Shown: positions 52,101 through 64,000 of the stretch, piece after piece
Layout: each line of letters opens with the position of its first letter
Position numbering within the stretch: the stretch's first letter is position 1
Assembly (NCBI GenBank): GCA_051362555.1
Contig: CM120644.1
Location: 8,068,954-8,132,953, forward strand
Origin: Lingula anatina
Taxonomy: Eukaryota > Animalia > Brachiopoda
Reading direction: 5' to 3'
DNA: 64,000 nt
Made by a program: the position numbers and the translations under genes
The notes under the pieces: generated by a model
What the model was told of the DNA's origin: nothing
Databases searched by the model: none
What the model saw: the letters and a program-made list of their open reading frames with translations, nothing else

Positions 52101-54522
52101 ACAGAATGAAAAGTGCCACGCCAATCATTTTCTTTCGAGAATTTTTTTAGAAAATATAATCGGATGAGAAATAAAAGTATTAAAGTTTTGCAGAAAGTTT
52201 GATTCCACTTAAAAATAATACATTTATTTTTAACTAATTAATTGATTAATAAAAACTATGGCTAACATACACATTTTTCATCTCTCCGCTTATTTCCTGA
52301 ATATTCCAATTTCAGCCGCCTGTTTCCAGACCCATCTAGACATAACCCACCCGGGCGGCGATCTCGTGGCCAATCAGACGGAGTTCAGCTGCAGGGAAGA
52401 GTGCATTAAGATTGGCGAATGTGCTGCCTTCACCTACAACTACACAGACTCGACATGCAGGTAGGGGCATACAGAAGGCATATTCACAGTAATTGTGAAC
52501 CCAGCCGTGCATTTTATTATCAATGCGCAATACAATGTTTTAGTACATATTGTATGGTAATTGTTGTTTTTTACCTCCATACAGTTCATACTAACTCCTC
52601 AAGAAGATTATTTATTTATTTATTTATTTATTTTGTTATCATAACTGTGATACCAGTACATGCCTTATCCACAGTTGTGTCATAATCTATGAAATATGTC
52701 AATCTGTATTACGGTCCATGCAGGTAACTTTATTTTGGAAAGAAGGCCAGTGTGGCAACTCACAGTAAAGTCCATTTCATCCACCTTTTTCAGGATCCAC
52801 AAAGAACTGGACTACAATCGCACCGCCCGCACCGTGGACTCGTGTTGCAGCCATGCCAAGAAAGGCATCTGTTTAGGTGAGGATGGTCTTCTTAAACGCA
52901 CTGAGTGTCCCAAAAGTAAATGTAATAATTTTTTGCCTCCTTCACTCAAATAGCCTGGATTTTAACTTATATCTGACATAAACACGCTGAGTAACTCCTT
53001 TAGGTCAGCCCTTCTTAATAAAACTTTTGGTTATGGTAGTAGTGGAACGATGGCTTTTTTGATACCACATTCAAATGTACATTAAAAATATTATATTATA
53101 TTCCTGGATCCTTGCTTTCGATTGCCTATATTGACTGGGAGTCCGTTTAGAGTACATGTAACTTGCAAATTTCTCCTTTTTAATTGTCAGTTTATTATTA
53201 ATTGATTTCAGACAAAGATCCAGACCTTGCCGTCACGACGACGACAACTACCACCACCACAATTGTACCAGGAATGACCACAACAACAATCGAAAATTTG
53301 TGGGACATTTTTAATATAGATACGAACGGTAAGTAAGAGCAGTTTCCCCATTGGAGTCTTAGCAAGATTCAGTTTTGATGAAAAAAGAAACTACTGTAAA
53401 TTGTAGAGAGATAAAGACTGTCTAAATGGCAGTTTTAAGCACGCACTGCCACGGAAGTCCTTATTCAATGGAAACTAACAGACATCAGAGCAATCGCATG
53501 AAGGAACGCTTTTTAGAATTTAAGGGGTGAAAGTTAGCTACGCAATAAAAGGCATGATCAATCATAATGATTCACAGTAATTCAAAGTAAAAGAAAAACT
53601 TAAGTTATGTTTCAAACAAGTGGATATAGTCGATAAGAAAGTAAAGGATACGGACTCTTAATAAAATTAACATACAAACATTGCAGAGAAAGGTGAAACG
53701 GCCAATGAACCCAAGAAAGCAGGTTCACTAGAAATGACGGAGACCACCATCATTATTTTGCTGGGCTGTCTTGCCGTGTTTCTGATCGCGATTGGCGTCG
53801 TTGTGGTCTTTTTCTGCCATCGCCGCCGCCAGCAAAAAAAGAAAAAGAAAAGCAAGTCCTCGGTTACCAATCCAACCGATCCGTCGACGTGGATGAAAGA
53901 TTACACCCTTCAGACCGCCAAAACCTACGCCTTTTGGAAGGCGATTTCACCGCCAGGCTCCGTGACAAAGCGAAGCGACGAGGGCGGCGTTCGTAGAATC
54001 GAGCGCCATAAGTCTGACATAACGCAGAGGTCGGACTACGGACTGGTTCAACAAAACCCTTACTACGGTACGACAAGGAGCGTCCCCGGACGGCGAGCTA
54101 GCGAAAACCCTTACGCAAACTACACAGGGGAACGAATGCGTTACGCCGCGGGCCACATGCGTTCGAGCCACTACGCCGAAACATCTCTTTACGATGGCCA
54201 CCCCCATTCCCCGCCCTCTGTGGACTATCCCGTCTCCGAGCCGTTCGACCCCAGCGAACACCGCTACGTTGGACGCCATGACTTCATGGGACGGCCCCTG
54301 AGCCTGAGCGTCGATGAACTTCACGTCCAACAACACCATTCAGAGCGATCACGGAGCTTGAAGATCCCGCGGCCTCATGTCAATGGCGACCATCCTTCCG
54401 TGCACCAGAACGAGGCCAGGCCCTTTGATGGACCTGAGGAGAAAAAGCTTGGTGGTGCTTTGGCTTATGCCAATGACTTCGCGGACTCTGAAAGGTACAC
54501 GCGTAGAGTATCTCCGATGTAG
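49165..54522 (+). CDS. Type I membrane protein with four PAN/Apple domains, Thr-rich mucin-like stalks, TM helix and long Tyr-rich tail; exons 49165-49240, 49868-50527, 50890-51111, 51454-51525, 51852-52094, 52316-52460, 52794-52876, 53212-53328, 53687-54522 (about 817 aa)
   Basis: Signal peptide MQPVCGMFIWVLISCIATVLASD. The PAN pattern C-x3-C…C-xx-[FY]…C occurs four times (e.g. SLEECQDFCLRDVNCAAVSY, ECQAVCLLQADCKAMDF). TM IIILLGCLAVFLIAIGVVVVFFC is followed by RRRQQKKKKK. All GT-AG junctions are phase-consistent and the total length is divisible by 3. Confidence 0.87.
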
Positions 54523-56273
54523 TGAAATCGTCATGGCTTTTGATCGGTGATGTACCTGGCTGGACTTTGAGGTGAAGCTGAAACGCGGGGATTGTTCGGA
54601 ATAATACATTAAAAGACCTGGGACTTATACAGGCTGCTTAGCACCCCTTGTTAGAGTGACTCTGACTAATGTTCGTTCTGTTATATCAAAAGAAAGTAAA
54701 AGAATAAACATGGGACATTATGTATCTAAAGTAGTTATAATATATCGATTATTTAATTGTTTGCTGGAGCGAGATACCCAGTAACACTGTTGGCATTGTG
54801 TATCATTGAAAGTGAGACCATGTAGATTGCACCAAAAAGTGATTCTATTTTGTCTGCTTCATAAAGGCTCTTAAAGAAATTTCAGTATGGTTTAAACGTA
54901 AGATTGTTGTTTTATAGTTGTTCTCCTGAAAATTGAAACAAGTATTCGAAGTCAAAATCCAATGAAATCAACCGAACTTTTGCTCCATATACCGATATGT
55001 TCACAAAACCGAAGTATTAAAGTGTCACAGTTTATGAGATGCCAGTTTAAAAATCCTTAAAAATTTGATAGTGTCGGTTTTTTTTCTGAAAAACACGATC
55101 TTTTTAATTTCACACCAAATAACCTAGGCCTAATGTACAGCTCGTGCTCTGAAGTTTTATGCTACAAGTACATGTATATGTACTCTATTTATTTTTATGT
55201 ATTGTTCTAGAAAGCACCATTTCTACAATATTTATGACGTGTTTGGACACTACACTCTCTCTGTATAGCCTACTTTACATACAGAATACACATGTCAATT
55301 GGCATCTGTTTGTATCGCACCCACTTGCTTTCACCAACTTTAGGAGAAAGGCATCTTTTTGCGGGTTTGGAATGTACCTTGAGCTTCGTTAATATCAAAC
55401 CCTATGGTCCAACGTTGCATCAGCATTCCTTGACTTTATTGGAATTCTGACACCCATCGAGTAGCGCATATTAAATCATATAAACGAATTTGGTGCAGAG
55501 AGTGGCTCAGTTGTTCTGAATGAAATACATTTTCATGCTAATTTTGACGTTTATGAACTTGTCAAAATAATCAATACCAAAACTCCAAAACGTTAGGCAA
55601 GTGTCTGGATTTGAATATAGGCATTAACATATACAGTATAGACAACACAAGGTCTTTAATAGAAACACTTTCCGGTATTATCTTTTGGTTTTGTTGAGAA
55701 AAAAAAGGTTGCTGGTTGAGGTAAATTTACAACGTAGTGGATAACGTGGTGGCCTTGAAATCAGTCTTGAAGGGAAATGATTGAGCTTATAAAAAGTAAC
55801 TTCACGTATATTCCTTTGTACAGGGTCAAGGGGCATTGTTGTTATTTCTCACTGCAGTTATTTCAGTATTTTATTCATAAACTCTGCAACATTTGGAAAT
55901 CAATACCTAATCATTCCTTTGTTTCCAATAAAGAGTTTGTCACATGGTGACCTTTCAAAGCTCGTAAATTCATATTTTAAATGAACAAACAGAATATTTT
56001 ACATCAATCTTGAAATATCAGCAAATATCATCTTATAGTAAAATAAAAATGCAAAATACATGTACTAGTAGCTCAACACGAAAGGTAACCCAAGGAAAAA
56101 ACATAATTTCCCCCCATTTATCAAATTCTATGGTTGGTTTATTGTATCACACGTAATAGTGTCAGTTTTCCGCCTACCAAAGTACATAAGAGAAAAAGCC
56201 ATTTTAATGGACAACGCGTCCACTTTATCATCATCTCGGGATATCAGTCCAGCAGTCTTCATCCAGGATAACA

Positions 56274-57281
56274 TCACCCCGGGATATCAGTCCACCAGGG
56301 CAGGTAGTGGTCCTCCTCCACCAGCTTCAGGTTGTACCAACCCCCGTGCCTTAACCAGCCCTTGTAGTAGATGGCATGCCCAAGAGAACGGTAGGCGCCA
56401 AACCAGCCGAAGGTGCTCCCCGCGGACAGGATAGAGTGATTACAGTGCGACAACACGGCAATGTCCTGGCACTTGGTGGCGTTGTCGTCGGTGAAATAGA
56501 TGTCGCCCCTGTCACTTGTCAAGTTGGCCCTGGACCAGGGTTTGTCATCGCTAGCGACCACGAACTTCACCGAGAAGTATTTTTCTCTGAATAGATTCAT
56601 TGCCCGGTTAAAATAGTCCACCGTTGCCACGTTAATGAGATCTGGGTAGTCCATGAAGTCGGTGCGCCGAACGTGGATGGAGACGAAAATGTCCCCCTTC
56701 AGCGAGTCCCCGACCGTGTGTAGAAAGTCACGGGCATATGTGTCGTGAATCTTGAAAAACGTGAACTCCTTGCGAACGATATCATCCACATGTCCGAAAT
56801 ATTTCCAGGACTGAAGGTTACTATTTAACAGATTAACACCCTTTTCCAGATGGAATGCCTCGGGAGAAAAGCTTAGGTAATTAGGTTGGTACACTTTCCG
56901 CTTCCGGTCTGTTGGCTCATTTTCGTATCCAGCACTGATCAAGTAGCAATCCCTCGGATATAAGATCTTCGCTGCTCTCGGAGATAAACCGTTCTTTTGC
57001 GCAATGCCTAATACGGCTGCATATTCAAACATCAGATTGGCCATCCTACCTAATTTTACGAACGTTAGAGTCTGAGATCCATTCCAATCGATACTGAATC
57101 GGTCAATTCTGTCAACCATAAAATCATTGGTAACAGTTGTATTAAACAAGTATGGATGGAATCTGCGAATGGCGTAGTTGTCATCTATAATTGATTTAAG
57201 AATATCAAATGCGACATAGTTTATGGAGAATAAAGAAACAAGTACCGTGATTTTTAAGCACAAGCATCTCCCTGACACCAT
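56274..57281 (-). CDS. Galactoside alpha-1,2-fucosyltransferase-like (GT11, FUT1/FUT2 family), single coding exon, 335 aa
   Basis: N-terminal type II anchor; motifs GRMANLMFEYA, SIHVRRTD, VVASDD, DIAVLSHCNHSI and STFGWFGAY. A probable 5'UTR intron spans 57495-57394 (gtaagt…ctag on the minus strand). Confidence 0.92.
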   Translation of the reverse strand: MVSGRCLCLKITVLVSLFSINYVAFDILKSIIDDNYAIRRFHPYLFNTTVTNDFMVDRIDRFSIDWNGSQTLTFVKLGRMANLMFEYAAVLGIAQKNGLSPRAAKILYPRDCYLISAGYENEPTDRKRKVYQPNYLSFSPEAFHLEKGVNLLNSNLQSWKYFGHVDDIVRKEFTFFKIHDTYARDFLHTVGDSLKGDIFVSIHVRRTDFMDYPDLINVATVDYFNRAMNLFREKYFSVKFVVASDDKPWSRANLTSDRGDIYFTDDNATKCQDIAVLSHCNHSILSAGSTFGWFGAYRSLGHAIYYKGWLRHGGWYNLKLVEEDHYLPWWTDIPG

Positions 57282-58517
57282 TATGAAACGTTCCCGGCAG
57301 CGGCGACTGTTTGACGTCGACCTGTTTTGAATAGTGCGCCCCCTATCGATGTGATGAATCCGCCCGGTTGCATTTGGTGAATTTGCCCATCAGCTAGATT
57401 AAAAACAATCATCTGAACTCACAACAGCGTAAAGTCAGACTACTCTTCGCGTATGTTACATTGCCAGTTGCATAGTTAAAGCATTCTTAACTTACTCAGT
57501 GTTCTTTTCCCGGCGTTCCCGTACAAAGCTGTTAAAATTGTTTATCTTGCATGGAGGCTTAATAATTGTTCAGCGCTCATTGCAACGAGCTCATAAATTA
57601 AATGACATAGATCTGAGTTCAGTTTTATATTACAAAAGCTGTGTATGTGAACTGTGGGTTTTATTGCTCTCCATGATAAAACACTCCATACCTTATTCTC
57701 TGCAGTGCCACCCGCTCCCAGGCGCAGTCTGTTTTGCTCAAGGCAGGAGAGCCAGATCAAATAAACTGATGTGAACTAGATATTTGAATAAAAATCCGCT
57801 GACATTTTCAAGCTTTGAAGCTTTGTCTTTAATGCTTTAAGATGATTGCATGTATATGATATACGATGTGTTTTGTACTTGGAGAACAGCAGTTTCTGTC
57901 TTCGCACAGTGTCTCCGTTTACAATAGTTTTAACTACACAAAATATCAATCTATGAGGAAATATAGGTTATGACTGAGACTATGACGGAAACAAAAGAGC
58001 ACTAACAATAGAATTATTATTATTATTATTATTTACATTTTTACTGCCCCAGTATCTCTTTGAATAGGAAAACTGACGATTTGTGCTCCCTTAAGGGCCC
58101 ATTCCCAATGAAACTATCGGTCTGCGTACATGGATCAGACTCTGTTGGGACTACAGCTGAATGCAATAGTTTAACAGTTAACACACCTCTTGTTCATAGA
58201 GTACTCGTATAATGACTAATTTTCTGTATTCTACCCAAGGCCAGGAGGGCTAAATGTCTACGGCATGTTATATTTGAAATGGTGCTTTTGTGATGACCTT
58301 TTTTCATCATACTTTAGCCTTGATGAAACCATTTACTTATATGTGTGAAAATTTACCTGAAGACAATACAAAGGTTACATTGGTAATGACCAGTTAAGGA
58401 TTTCTTCCGTGTTTTTCATACACATAGTTTTATTTGAACATCTCCATATAATTATGCTGGCGAATGCTGCGTCCAAGCTAATTAACTGAATCTACAATAT
58501 AGTCATTGTTTTATCTG

Positions 58518-58558
<41 letters not shown>

Positions 58559-59473
58559 GCCCAAAGGAAGATTTATATCATAAATTTGCTATCTAATGAC
58601 ATTTGTATATAGTTGGTGTCTAGGCTGTCACAATGCATTTGGTAATTAAAACAGACTACAGAAAATCCTACTTTCTGATTTTATTATTTTTGTAAGAATT
58701 TATAATCAAATTGGTCGTTAAAAACAGGTGTGTATACTGTGCTGTCAAGATTCGCCAATTGTAAAACTGTTACACAAGTTTTTAGTTGTTGAGTTTGTAA
58801 AACTAACTTGGTTACTACTACCAAAATAAATAAGTAAAAAAACAAAAACAAAAACAAAAAAAAAAAAAAAACAAATATAACTTATGGTTAATCCATATCT
58901 TAAATCTGAAAATACAAATTAATAAATCTTAGTTAAAGGAGTTATATAAATCAGTTTGATTTCTATAAGCAGTCATGAATCTTTTTAACCTGAGTATGTA
59001 CAGTCAGATTTCCACCCTAACAGATACTGTTGTTATTATAGTTTTTAGGACATCAATAGTTAAAAGAGTCATATGATATAGCTTAATTTTTTTAAAAAGC
59101 ATCATAAATCTTTTTATACTGAGTATGTACAGTCAGACCACTACACTTAGAGATACACAGCGTTTAGTAAATCTTTCCTCATTTCATATGTTAAATGGGA
59201 ATTACAACAACTGCAACAGTCTATGCACATCTACAATGGTTATTAACTTGAGGATAATGCACCCTTGCACATCACGACAGTACAATGATACGGAAATGCA
59301 CTAATAATAAATAATATAATGTATTTATGTTTCAATATACACTATTACATAAGGTATATGAATTATTCCTTCTTGGTGGAAAGAGAAAACAGTGAATCAT
59401 TTGCAACATATTTCAGTTTGTCCACGGTTTTTTTCTAGTACAAAGTACTGTCCGTGAAGGTAACTGACCACGG

Positions 59474-62353
59474 TCAGTAGACATGACCATCGAAGGCCTG
59501 ATTGGAGTGGCTGTAATGTCGGAGATTGTGGTTCTTCCGTTTCTGTTTTTTCGTATTTAGAAAAGCGCATACGATCACTGCCAGTAGCAACACGACTGCC
59601 ATGTAAACACCGATTGCGACAGCGATGACCCATTGTGCTTCGTGCATTCTTGGTGGCGGCCACGCGGTTACCTCTGTATTAGGAACAGAAACGCAAAATT
59701 AAAGGGTTTGGATTGTTTTACTGTCTTTTTAGTGCGACACTAAGAGTTAAATTCAGTGATAACAAAAAGTCTCCATACCGACGAAATCATTAAATCTAGA
59801 AATGTAAACATGGTAACCAATATATTGCAATATAAAAATATCAATTAACGCAACTGTTTGTTGCGATGGATATTTGTGACCCATCAATAACAGGCATATT
59901 ACGCTGGACTCGTTTAGTTTCTACAATATGTACAAATGTCGGAAGAGATTTCGTTTAGTCTCTTTAAGTACTGTTTAGAAATGCAAAGAAAACTGCGATC
60001 CGAAAGGGAACACAATTTGCGAAGCTGATCACAATTAATGAAATGGTTTATCATTTGCCAATATTCGCCTACATTATGTGTACTTTCAAGAACTTGCACT
60101 CACTTATACATTGTGTGGTGTTCCCCGTGCTATTGCCTTCCACCGTCCCTTCCTGGCACACACAGGTAAAGCTACCATTGGTATTCATACAGTCAGTATA
60201 CTCGTAGTCCTCGCAGTCATTAAGGAGCAGGTCTTGGCACTCGTTGATATCTGTTAAGGACAATACAGGAATACACTGAGAGATTACGGGTATTGGATAG
60301 GGTTTTGCGCCTCTCTTTATTCCTCTACGAAAAATCTCTGGAAGAACTTGTCCGTGGGGGAGGGGACAGGGGAGGGGGGTTGAAGACGGCACTGAGCTGG
60401 ATTTAAAAAGCATTCTTCAAATTAACATCTCGTATTTCATGTAGAAATCTATGTCGTATAAATACTTGTATATGATAAGTACCATTTCTGAGGGGACATA
60501 CATAAACATACGCCAAACGATAAGATGCTACAGAATATATCTGCATTAATCCTAGCTGAATAATTCCGATTTTTGAAAAAAAAAAAAAACAATAATTTCA
60601 TTTATTACAAATTTAACAGCATCTGAAATACATGTATGTATACAGTTAATTCTGTTAATACAACTACTTATTTTCCAAAATTTTGTTATGATATAATTCG
60701 CTTAAATAAATTAATGCTTCTCTTTGCACGTGTAAAAACTTGTGTTCTATAAAATTTCAACTATGAAGAGAACACCATTCTTGTAACATATTGTAACTGT
60801 AGCCGTTTTCTTACCCTCACACAGTGTTCCACTCCACGTAAAGCCATCTGGGCAACTACAGACATAACTCCCCGCCGTATTGTTACATGCTCTACCGTTG
60901 CATGCATTGAGGTTTGGGTCCTGACACTCGTCAATATCTTAAATATAAATCAAAACGTTATCATATGACGGTGCCACAGGACCCATCTTTTTTAAAACTA
61001 AATTCTAATCTTGGTATTTGCAAGTCAACGATTCAAATTCAGGTTGTAGATCTACATGTCGTAGCTCATAAGTAAGTGTGTGATTTGGAAATGTGTTCAA
61101 GGCACTCATTTACGTATAAGGAAACTATGCTGAACTCACTAATTTTCGGCGTTTGAAATGCGACATCAAAAAAGGTACATGTAAGCCTAGCTAAAATTGC
61201 TTTTACGATTCTTATTTAACACCCATTCTTCTTCTTCTTCACGTGAATATTTTTTACAATTTATTCTGATGAAACGTTTTGGAGAATGCCCCTGTACCAC
61301 AGGGATTTCAAGATTCTGGGTATTTTGGTTTCGGTTTGAAAGAAGAACTATTGGAGATATATGTAGCTGTGTAACAAAATAACAAAGCTGTTCTTTTTAT
61401 TTCAATTAAAAGCCCCACCCCGAAATATTATCAAAAAGTGTATGAAAACACGCTCACCAGAGCAGACTGTTCCGTTCCCGCCAAAACCCGAATTGCACGC
61501 GCAAGTGTAACCCCCTGGCACGTTGGTACAAGTTGCATCGTCTGCGCAATCGTTTGTCGCAGGGTAATCGCATTCGTCGATATCTGAATAAAAACAACAC
61601 ATTTACTTTACTACATGTGTTATACAGCAATCAGTGGCAGGAAAAAATAAATAAATAAAAATGGAAGGAGATGAGATGAATGACACACCAAGAATAATAC
61701 ACCTCGATTACAGTGTATCACGTATACCCATGACAACATGTGCATTTAAGAAAATAGATCTAACAAAGAAAAAAATGACATCTATAGAGCCATGCATGTT
61801 ATTCTTTAAAGGAATGAACTGCCCTCTCTTAACGACTGGCAGTTGACCACAACTCAAAGAAAGGACCATAGCAAATGATGTACAAGTATCATATTATCAA
61901 TAAATATTCCAAATCTTCGCGTGTATAACATAAAATATGTAGTCCTACACGTTTATTCTTATCCTTATGTTACTGAATTAAACAGTATTTTGTGCGAAAG
62001 GAGTGCTTCACTGCTAGCTGCAATTGGTTAACTACCTGTACAAGCCAACCCATTGCCGGTAAAACCATTCTGACAAGCACAACTGTAACTGCCTTCCGTG
62101 TTGGTGCAGGTGGCTCCATCTGCGCATGCGTTCATTGCGGCATCCAGGCATTCGTCGACATCTTTTATTGCATGGAAAGTACATGTAGGTTTTTAATAAG
62201 AGCAATATGATTTAGTATATAGTGGAGCAGAAAACAGATGGAGTCAGTAAGAGAGAGAGAGAGAGAGCAAGAGAGAGAGGGGGGAGCTGAGTGAGATATT
62301 GGGGGGTGGGCAAGGGAAGTGCCTTCAGTTATCTTAATACCTATAGAAAAAAA

Positions 62354-62412
<59 letters not shown>

Positions 62413-63991
62413 CGTGTGAAGAAGATCATATTGTAAATAGTGTTCTTTGAACAGGTTTTGTGATGCTTACCTGTACAGAGAGTACCGTCCCCGTTAAAGC
62501 CAACACGACAGGTACATGTGAAATTCCCCGGTGTGTTAGTACAGTCTGCATTGGGTGCGCAGTTGTTGAGATTAGCATCCAGGCATTCATTCGTGTCTGA
62601 AATTTATTCATTAACACACTTACTGCAAAATGTATTCCAATCATAATACGCTAAGAATTATTCTCAAAAGACATACATGATGCTGCTTGTAGGTTAAAAC
62701 GCTAAACTACCGCACTGTTCGCAGGGCCCGCTGGAAGACTGTTACAAAATTATTGTATCGACCTCTTTTTCAGTTTTGTATACTATACCAGAGGTCCCTG
62801 TGAATGGTACTAAACTACCGACCTATACACGTGGTTCCATTTCCTGTGTATCCCGATACACAGGCGCAGCTGAAACTTCCTTGGTTATTGGTGCACTGGG
62901 CATTGATGTCACAGTTGTGAAGCATTGAGTTTTGACATTCGTCCACATCTAAATGTTCATAGAATGTTTTAAAATTAATAAAGTGATAATGATATAGTTT
63001 GTGTGTTTGTTTGTGTATGCTCTTTATTGTGCCAACGCATTCGTGAATTTTTTAAGATGGAATGAATGAGTCTTAAAGCTTGGTTCGTTTGATACATGCA
63101 CAAGCGCATTTAATATATATAATGTATCTGAGGATTCTGTTTCATTGCATAACTCCATTGTTTAAGAATGATGTATAGATACACTGTACTTAGCTACCTT
63201 CACAAAACGTCCCATTCCCAGTAAACCCGGGCTCACACGCACAAGTGTAACTACCGAGGGAGTTAGTGCACGTGGCATTGGCGGCACAGTCGTTCTGGGA
63301 GGAAACTAGACACTCGTTTATATCTGTAAATATTTGTAATAGTGGCAATACTTTAATCTACAATCCATTTGTGGTCATAGCGCATGCGGGCAGGTAGTGA
63401 GTGCACTGTTTACAGAATTCTAATACAGAGTTCACTAAAACGAAAATTAATCAAAATATGTATGTAAAGCCCCCTTTACACTGGACGGCGTTCTTTCTGC
63501 GTCCAGCAGTACGGCCCCATTTAAGAGTTAAAAAATTATAATACTTTACGTGCCGACAACTGGCCGATCATTGAGCATTCATTCTGATACAAAACCAATG
63601 CTCCTGCCTCCTTATTAAGACCAAAGCGATGCCAAATTTCATGGTCGCAGAAAGGACGCAGAAAGGACGCCGTCCAGTGTAAAGCAGTACTAAGCATAAA
63701 ATCGATGTCATTCAGCCAGAGTAAACTTGTAGCATCGTCACAATATATGCGCCAGTGATAATATAAATGAAATCAGAAAACCGAGTTTTAAGTGACAGGT
63801 ATGTTTTCAACACGTATCAAAACTTATCTAATCTGTAGACATTACTTCTTATTTAAAAAGGTTACCTGTGCATACTGATCCGTTGCCAGAGTAACCCAAA
63901 TTGCAGACGCAGCTATAGCTGCCCGGAGAATTTGTGCATGTCGCCTCCGCGGCACATGTAGTGACATTGGTGGTAGTGCATTCGTCTATAT
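59474..63991 (-). CDS. Tandem calcium-binding EGF-repeat single-pass membrane protein, 5'-partial; exons 63991-63866, 63323-63198, 62948-62823, 62596-62471, 62161-62036, 61583-61458, 60937-60815, 60250-60104, 59673-59474
   Basis: Eight phase 1-1 exons (six of 126 bp, one of 123, one of 147), each D[IVT][DN]EC…CxNxxG[SGN][YF]xCxC. The last exon encodes [27 protein letters not shown] and tail [25 protein letters not shown]. Confidence 0.9.
62347..62410. repeat. poly-A followed by (AT)n
   Basis: Direct reading. Confidence 0.9.
63468..63690. mobile_element. Harbinger-like MITE in an EGF-gene intron
   Basis: Inverted CTTTACACTGGACGGCGT…ACGCCGTCCAGTGTAAAG with TAA on both sides. Confidence 0.75.
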
Positions 63992-64000
63992 CTAACAAAC

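Noticed and set aside
53947-54609. Antisense ORFs over the PAN gene last exon (similarly 45238-45561, 40500-40877, 56159-56594)
   Set aside because: Shadow frames of GC-richer coding exons.
58979-59156. Repeated CTGAGTATGTACAGTCAGA about 130 bp apart
   Set aside because: Two-copy degenerate duplication downstream of the EGF gene; nothing further supports a role.

Overview
AT-rich eukaryotic (invertebrate animal) genomic DNA with spliceosomal introns. The repeat content (HINE/Helentron-like elements, a tRNA-headed V-domain SINE, abundant TACATGTA) suggests a mollusc or other lophotrochozoan; this is inference. Eight genes were reconstructed by hand: the 3' two-thirds of MLH1 (+, 12 exons, 325-30019, with an 18.8-kb intron and a GC-AG intron); three Fer3/FERD3L(PTFb)-like bHLH genes (33104-35250 +, 40740-41444 -, 44935-45633 +); a 3-exon gene nested among them (37116-38484 -) encoding signal peptide + coiled coil + a hyaluronan-type Link module, whose domain exon is missing from the ORF track; a 9-exon type-I membrane protein with four atypical PAN/Apple domains (49165-54522 +); an intronless GT11 alpha-1,2-fucosyltransferase (56274-57281 -); and the 3' end of a tandem calcium-binding-EGF transmembrane protein (59474-63991 -). 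Many MITEs and tandem repeats are present. Best leads: the secreted coiled-coil/Link-module protein, the Fer3-like trio (one member carrying a PTF1a-like VWxP motif), and the PAN receptor with a vicinal CC pair in every domain.
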